A stretch of DNA of 62,575 bases, counting the filler. It is 3 parts of 3 records of this genome, joined end to end, with 100 filler letters (N's around TTAATTAATTAA, not from the genome) between each part and the next. Parts side by side here need not be neighbours in the genome. Positions count along the whole stretch, not along the records: positions 47,071 to 62,575 come from SRR20825006_1769; 2 more parts are not named here. One strand, 5' to 3'. Of this stretch, positions 59,449 through 62,575 are shown one piece after another. A program made the translations under genes and the position numbers. The number at the start of each line of letters is the position of its first letter. Within the stretch, counting starts at the first letter, position 1. The notes under the pieces are model-generated. The model had not been told where the DNA came from and made no database searches. It was given only the letters and a program-made list of their open reading frames with translations.

Positions 59449-60954
59449 TTAAAAGTTAAACCCTAATGATACCATAAAATTGCTGTAAATAGAATTTACA
59501 GTGGCGGTATCTGTTAACCCTACAGTATACAACTGTTGGTTGCGTTCTTGTTCTGATCTTGAATAGGCAATATCAAGCGTGTAGTTGCCAAAATTATAAC
59601 CAGCTCCTAACGAAAAACCGCTAAGATCTCCAACAACTTCTGTTTCTTGATACGGGCTTTCTTCATAATGAAATCCACCTCTAAAACTTAATTGGCGCAG
59701 GCGGTATTCTGCCCCAGCATTAATTGATGAGGCGCCTTTTAATGTATTTTCTATTGTTCTGTTTAAATCGTTAAAATAAGGGCTGTCATCAAACGTATAG
59801 CTAAAATCAATCGATGAATAATCCTTATACGAATAATCAATGCTTATTAATCCTTTTTGCCCAAAAATATAAGCTGCGCTAGCAGTAGCTTTTGCAGGTG
59901 TTTTCAAGGTATAGTCTTCATAAACATTAATAACTCTCGGGTCTACAAATTCATTAATAATTTGGTTTTCAAATACTCTCGCGCTTTCAAGATTTTGTGT
60001 TGTTTCTTCAGAAATTTGATACCATGTAGGGGTGTCCAAGCTTAATCCAAAGCGAAGTTTTTCTGCCACCCTTGCAATAGCTCCAATTTGAACCGAAAAA
60101 CCAGCTCCGTTTACAGAAAGATTGTTTTCAAAACCTACACTATTTACTGTAGAACCTGGGTTATTATTGTTTTCAAACAAGTATGTACTTTGGTCGTAAC
60201 TAATGGTATGAGTATTTAAATTAATTCCGAAGAAATAATTATCAGTAATCTGAGTCGCAAAGTTGATGGTAAACTTACTATTGTTTCCTTGTGAAAGATA
60301 AATATATTTCTGGTTGAAATTGTTTCCAGCTATATTTGAAACATACAAACTGTTTGAAGGATTGTTTGGGTCTACAGGGTCAAAAAGATATGCTTGGTAA
60401 CCTAAAAATGCATTCTGTGCTGCAGTTCCTTGAGTTTGTCCTAAAAATTGATAATCTGAATTTTGCAGTTGACTTAATGGAATTCCTTGTGCTTGCGCCA
60501 AAAAGAACGCTCCAATTGAAGTGTCGCCATTACCAGCGATGAATAATTCATCATTAAAATTTTTAGTAGTTTCAAAATTTAATCCTAGGGTGAATTTCTT
60601 AAATTTAGAGTCTTCGTTTGCGTTATTTAAAACAAAAACAGCTCCCAATTGATTTATAGAAGCAGTGTCTGAAAAGCTATTTTCAGTACTATTGAAATAA
60701 TTTGCTTTATTATCCACGTCAAATAAAGAAGCAGAAAACATTAAGTTTGAGTCTAAAAAAACGGCTCCTCCAGCAGGATTAATGCTCATTGCTGAAAAAT
60801 CGCCACCTAAAGCGCCCATTGCGCCACTAAGCGCGGTAAAACGTGCGGTTCCTGTATTTTGGTCTGTGCTATAACGCAAGCCATCAGTACTGTTTTGAGC
60901 TTGGGAAGTCGCTACTAAAAAGGCAATAAATAGGAAAGTTGTTATTTTTTTCAT
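59449..60954 (-). CDS. OmpP1/FadL-family outer membrane protein
   Basis: GTARFTALSGAMGALGGD..A..INPAG hatch motif; terminal Phe. Confidence 0.88.
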   Translation of the reverse strand: MKKITTFLFIAFLVATSQAQNSTDGLRYSTDQNTGTARFTALSGAMGALGGDFSAMSINPAGGAVFLDSNLMFSASLFDVDNKANYFNSTENSFSDTASINQLGAVFVLNNANEDSKFKKFTLGLNFETTKNFNDELFIAGNGDTSIGAFFLAQAQGIPLSQLQNSDYQFLGQTQGTAAQNAFLGYQAYLFDPVDPNNPSNSLYVSNIAGNNFNQKYIYLSQGNNSKFTINFATQITDNYFFGINLNTHTISYDQSTYLFENNNNPGSTVNSVGFENNLSVNGAGFSVQIGAIARVAEKLRFGLSLDTPTWYQISEETTQNLESARVFENQIINEFVDPRVINVYEDYTLKTPAKATASAAYIFGQKGLISIDYSYKDYSSIDFSYTFDDSPYFNDLNRTIENTLKGASSINAGAEYRLRQLSFRGGFHYEESPYQETEVVGDLSGFSLGAGYNFGNYTLDIAYSRSEQERNQQLYTVGLTDTATVNSIYSNFMVSLGFNF

Positions 60955-61066
60955 TTGAATAAAATAGTTTAATAACTAAAAAATGCCCAGAGTATCATTT
61001 CAAATAAAAAATGAATTGTCAATGGGCATTAAATGTTTTTATATTTAAAGTAAATTTGATTTAATC

Positions 61067-62083
61067 TTATCCACGGCCACCTCTGCCTCCGCTGCTAGAG
61101 CGTGTACTGCCGCCAGAACTTCTAACAGAACCAGAACTACTGCTTCTTGAAGGTGAAGAATACGAACTGTTTCGTGTGCTACGTGTAGTATTTCTAGTGC
61201 TTCTAGTTGTACTTCTTGTAGGTTGCGAATAGCTATTATTGCGTGTTGTAGTGTTATTGCTTCTTACATTTGAGTTTGTTCTATTGGTGCGTACATTATT
61301 TGTGCTGCGCGTAGTTCGTGTTGTGTTGTTTGCACGTACATTATTTCTATTTACACGACGTGAGATTTCTGTACGACTGTATGAAGAATTACGAGTTGAA
61401 GCATTGCTGGATCTTCCTCTAGCATCAGATCGGTTATAATCTGAATTTCTCCTGCCCCGGTTATACGAGACTCCGTTGTAATATGAATTGTTGTAATAAT
61501 TATTGTAATATCCGTAATTATGATAGTGGTAATGCCCATAGCCGCCATAGCCATAATACGGGTAATTCCATCCATAGCTTATGCCCCAATAGGGTGTGTA
61601 ATAATTATAGTAAGGGTAACCCCATCCGCCCCAATAGTTTGTGTACCAGTAAGGTCTGTTGTAAAAACCGTAGTTGTAACCACCATAGTTGTACACGTTA
61701 ACTGTTACATCATCGGCATTGCTTCCCCATGGGCCGTAACCATCTTCGGTGTAATTTTCTTCAATAACTATATTTCCATCTTCATCTAAGCTTTCAGTAG
61801 TAGAATATGCTTCAATGTCAGTAAAAATGGCTCCTTCTTCTGGAATGTCGGAGTAGGAGTTGGATTTACTTTGGAAATATTGTTTGTAATAATTCGATTT
61901 TTCGTTTGAATTAGCATCAGTTGCATATTCTTCTTCTACATTTGAAGTGCTTCCAGTAGAATAAATTCCATCATTATTGGTATAACCATTATTGTGTGTC
62001 CCACAAGATGATAGCAAGAGTGTAAAAACACCCAAAATGGTGATTGGGATGAAACGTTTTATATTGTAATTTTGAGTGAACAT
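61067..62083 (-). CDS. Low-complexity lipoprotein (Y/G/N/W-rich middle, R/S/N/T-rich tail)
   Basis: Lipobox LSSC, DGIY motif, compositionally biased blocks, ends GGRGGRG. Confidence 0.85.
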   Translation of the reverse strand: MFTQNYNIKRFIPITILGVFTLLLSSCGTHNNGYTNNDGIYSTGSTSNVEEEYATDANSNEKSNYYKQYFQSKSNSYSDIPEEGAIFTDIEAYSTTESLDEDGNIVIEENYTEDGYGPWGSNADDVTVNVYNYGGYNYGFYNRPYWYTNYWGGWGYPYYNYYTPYWGISYGWNYPYYGYGGYGHYHYHNYGYYNNYYNNSYYNGVSYNRGRRNSDYNRSDARGRSSNASTRNSSYSRTEISRRVNRNNVRANNTTRTTRSTNNVRTNRTNSNVRSNNTTTRNNSYSQPTRSTTRSTRNTTRSTRNSSYSSPSRSSSSGSVRSSGGSTRSSSGGRGGRG

Positions 62084-62152
62084 ATCTGCTGTAATTTAAT
62101 TGTTGGACATTATAAAAATAAGTAGTTTTGCGGACAATAACTAATCATTTAA

Positions 62153-62575
<423 letters not shown>

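Overview
This is not one continuous locus. It is three contigs joined by artificial 100-nt linkers (N44-TTAATTAATTAA-N44 at 28194-28293 and 46971-47070). Contig A (1-28193) is AT-rich and Flavobacteriaceae-like: a LacI regulator, a TonB receptor/lipoprotein pair divergent from a PhoB/PhoR-like two-component system, trmB, an Mrp-NifU-FNR-ferredoxin cluster, peptidases, several interspersed repeat elements, and a truncated tRNA-Leu at the end. Contig B (28294-46970) is GC-rich and alphaproteobacterial: the end of an element inserted into comM (CocE hydrolase plus TetR), an ECF41-like sigma factor with DoxX, orphan genes including a GH130/GT91-like propeller protein, hisBHAFE, hslVU, HIT, Trm112, LON-N, cnoX and ybaK, and a truncated tRNA-Gly at the end. 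Contig C (47071-62575) is Flavobacteriaceae-like housekeeping: mdh, nrdJ, secDF, lgt, yidD, cysS, folE, a FadL-like outer membrane protein and proS. Best leads: (i) an exported, apparently leaderless ORF ending in the SecM-type arrest motif RAGP directly upstream of secDF; (ii) an 11-bp-period array filling the hisF-hisE gap that also reads as a 39-aa ORF coupled to both genes; (iii) an exact 21-bp-period array at the window start; (iv) a three-way GNA-loop hairpin junction at the end of the comM-integrated element; (v) the orphan GH130-like protein cluster. All product calls come from motif recognition by eye; no database searches were run.
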